A stretch of DNA of 63,998 bases, filler included, from Bonamia ostreae (lineage: Eukaryota): assembly GCA_040357525.1 (NCBI GenBank). It is 4 parts of 4 records of this genome, joined end to end, with 100 filler letters (N's around TTAATTAATTAA, not from the genome) between each part and the next. Parts side by side here need not be neighbours in the genome. Positions count along the whole stretch, not along the records: positions 58,540 to 63,998 come from JBDODL010000193.1; 3 more parts are not named here. One strand, given 5' to 3'. Both the position numbers and the translations under genes were made by a program. Within the stretch, counting starts at the first letter, position 1, and the number at the start of each line of letters is the position of its first letter. Below the pieces are notes generated by a model. It worked only from the letters and a program-made list of their open reading frames with translations, searched no databases and was not told the DNA's origin. This document shows, in pieces, positions 62,150 to 63,998 of this stretch.

Positions 62150-63243
62150 TATACCAAAAAGAATCCAATTTCTATGTTCGCCTTTCAAGCCTTTACACCA
62201 TTTTGAATAAGGATATCTATTCAAGACATTAACTGCTGGAACATGATTAAATATCGATTGATTTCGCTTATCGACTATTTGGGATTTTTAAATTTTGCTG
62301 TATTTTTGGAATTTGTTTTTGAAATTAATTTTTTGTTTTCTGTTTTTTCGTTTTCGGAAAGCAATTTATTTTTGTAAACAATATTCAATAAAAAACGAAG
62401 CAATCGATTATTTAATTTACTTGAACGAATCGAGGACTTGTTCTTTGGTTAATTTTTTATCTGTATTTTTATCTCTTTGAACGATCTTTTCCTTTTTGGC
62501 AAAAATCGACAATATTGTTTTTTTGAATCGAAAGAGCAATAAAACGAAGATCGAAAAATAGAATATTTTCCTAATTTTATTACAATATTTTTCGTTTTAA
62601 TCGCTAATTTTTGTGAAAAAAAATTTGCCAAAATCAGAAAAAATAACGTTTCTTTAGAAATTTCAATTTTGTGGCTTAGCACTTTAATTTCTTCGTCGAC
62701 AATTACAAAACTTTGATCTTCGATTTCTCCAAACTGCCATTATTAAATTTTGTAAAAACTCCTGAATGGTACCCAACTGTAACAACAATTCTATAATTGA
62801 GAGGTTCGACATATTGCGGCACTTTCATCTCAATCGAAATAGTTTTATCTTCATTTATCTTAATTTCACTTTCCGTTTCGCTTTTAAATATCTTTTTCGA
62901 TATTTTAATACAACTTCGATTGGTTGATATTTCGGATTCATAATTGAAGTCAAATTTGCTGTGATCGATGATATTCTCAAATCTTCGATTTCCCTGTTGC
63001 TTATTCCAAGAAGTATTGAAAACGCCGTTCCGACTCGATATTCTTATTTGACAAATAATATTTTGTTGAAAAAATTGTAATTTATTGAAAAATTACAAAA
63101 ATATTTTTCGCAAAATAGAAACTTGGAATGGAGCTATTAGATTTGTCTTGAAGGATATATGAAGCGTTGAAAGGCAAATCGATCAAATTTTGCTGAGCCG
63201 AAAAAGCAAAATCGACCATTAAATAGAAGAACATAAATAACAT
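62150..63243 (-). CDS. Translocon-associated protein alpha (TRAP-alpha)-like; 3' end approximate
   Basis: Signal peptide MLFMFFYLMVDFAFSA, LLGISNREIEDLRISSITANL, PLNYRIVVTVGY, a single TM and a basic tail. Confidence 0.4.
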
Positions 63244-63419
63244 TGTCTAATTTTTGTAAAATAAAGTTTATAATGGCATTTAATATTTAGCCAGAATCGA
63301 TTAATTTTATAAATTTTGTTAATTTCAAAATTCGGAAACTAGTTTTTAATATTTTTCTTATGCTAAAAATTAGCAAATGCTAAAAAACAGTTATTTAGAA
63401 TTTAGAAATAGAACTTAAA

Positions 63420-63970
63420 ATGGCGGTTATCAGAAAAAAAGCAAATTCTACAAAAGTAATAAAACGCAAAAGATCAACGACAAACAAATCCAATAAAGCT
63501 AATAAAAAAATCCGAACAAAAAGAAACAAACAAGAAAAGTCAAAAATCAAAAAAATTGCAATAAAACAAAAAAACGAAAAAGAAAATAAACAACAATCGA
63601 AAAAATCTAAAAATTCATTGGACGATAAAATCGAAGAAATGACAAAAACGATGTGGGGAGAAAGCCTTAAAAATATGGCAAAAAACAAAAGGTTTTTAAC
63701 AAATTTTTCCATCAGAAAAAAAGTTTTAAAATTTAAATCAGAAAATCAATTTTTAAACAAAAGAAAAGAAAAAGTAAACACAATTTTGGGCGAAATGGAA
63801 AAAAGTTTTGCAAAAGCAAGTCGCAAGAAATGTCATTCCAGAGTTATCGAGATTTGTCTCAAATACACTGATCCGGAACATAGAAAAATCGTCTTAGACG
63901 AATTGATGCCTCAATTCTAAGAAATTTGTTGTGACAAACATGGAAAGCACGTTATCACTTCTGTTATCAA
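63420..63970 (+). CDS. PUF6: Puf6/PUM3-like Pumilio-repeat protein, 5' part, with an in-frame TAA
   Basis: Lys-rich N-terminus, HSRVIEICLKY..EHRKIVLDEL, then EICCDKHGKHVI after TAA 63918-63920. Confidence 0.7.
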
Positions 63971-63998
63971 GTTTATTTTTGAATTTTAATAATTTGCA

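Noticed and set aside
1-63998. Genome-wide stop-codon reassignment or programmed frameshifting to explain fragmented ORFs
   Set aside because: Nearly all breaks examined in conserved genes resolve with short GT-AG introns, and TAA, TAG and TGA all end genes normally.

Overview
AT-rich, gene-dense nuclear DNA of a compact eukaryotic protist, not a prokaryote. The ORF track is fragmented because genes are split by many tiny spliceosomal introns (mostly 19-28 nt) with atypical donors (usually GTT.., seldom GTRAG) and frequent AAG acceptors. SDHB and mitoribosomal DAP3 imply a respiring, translating mitochondrion. The overall style would fit an ascetosporean (Bonamia-like) parasite, but that is inference only. 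The window is four contigs joined by artificial N-TTAATTAATTAA-N linkers (21257-21356, 39936-40035, 58440-58539). Recognisable genes: SNRNP27, DAP3, MRG15/Eaf3, TFIIIC largest subunit, divergent eIF3c, USP, TRM8, BIG/Sec7, SAR1, SDHB, tRNA-Arg(ACG), CTD-type phosphatase, RPL7, trehalase, RPL14, PTGES2-like, Cof-type HAD, globin, SEC23, TMEM256, TRAP-alpha-like and PUF6. Best leads: (1) the micro-intron system with shifted splice-site consensus; (2) four paralogous surface proteins with a sushi/CCP-like ectodomain and cytoplasmic PY motif; (3) two dispersed copies of an unidentified structured non-coding element; (4) a ~325-nt structured ncRNA candidate; (5) a tandem kinase whose two domains lost complementary motifs; (6) an HSF DNA-binding domain fused to SAM; (7) a three-gene orphan family. 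Exon boundaries were inferred by hand, without RNA data or database searches.
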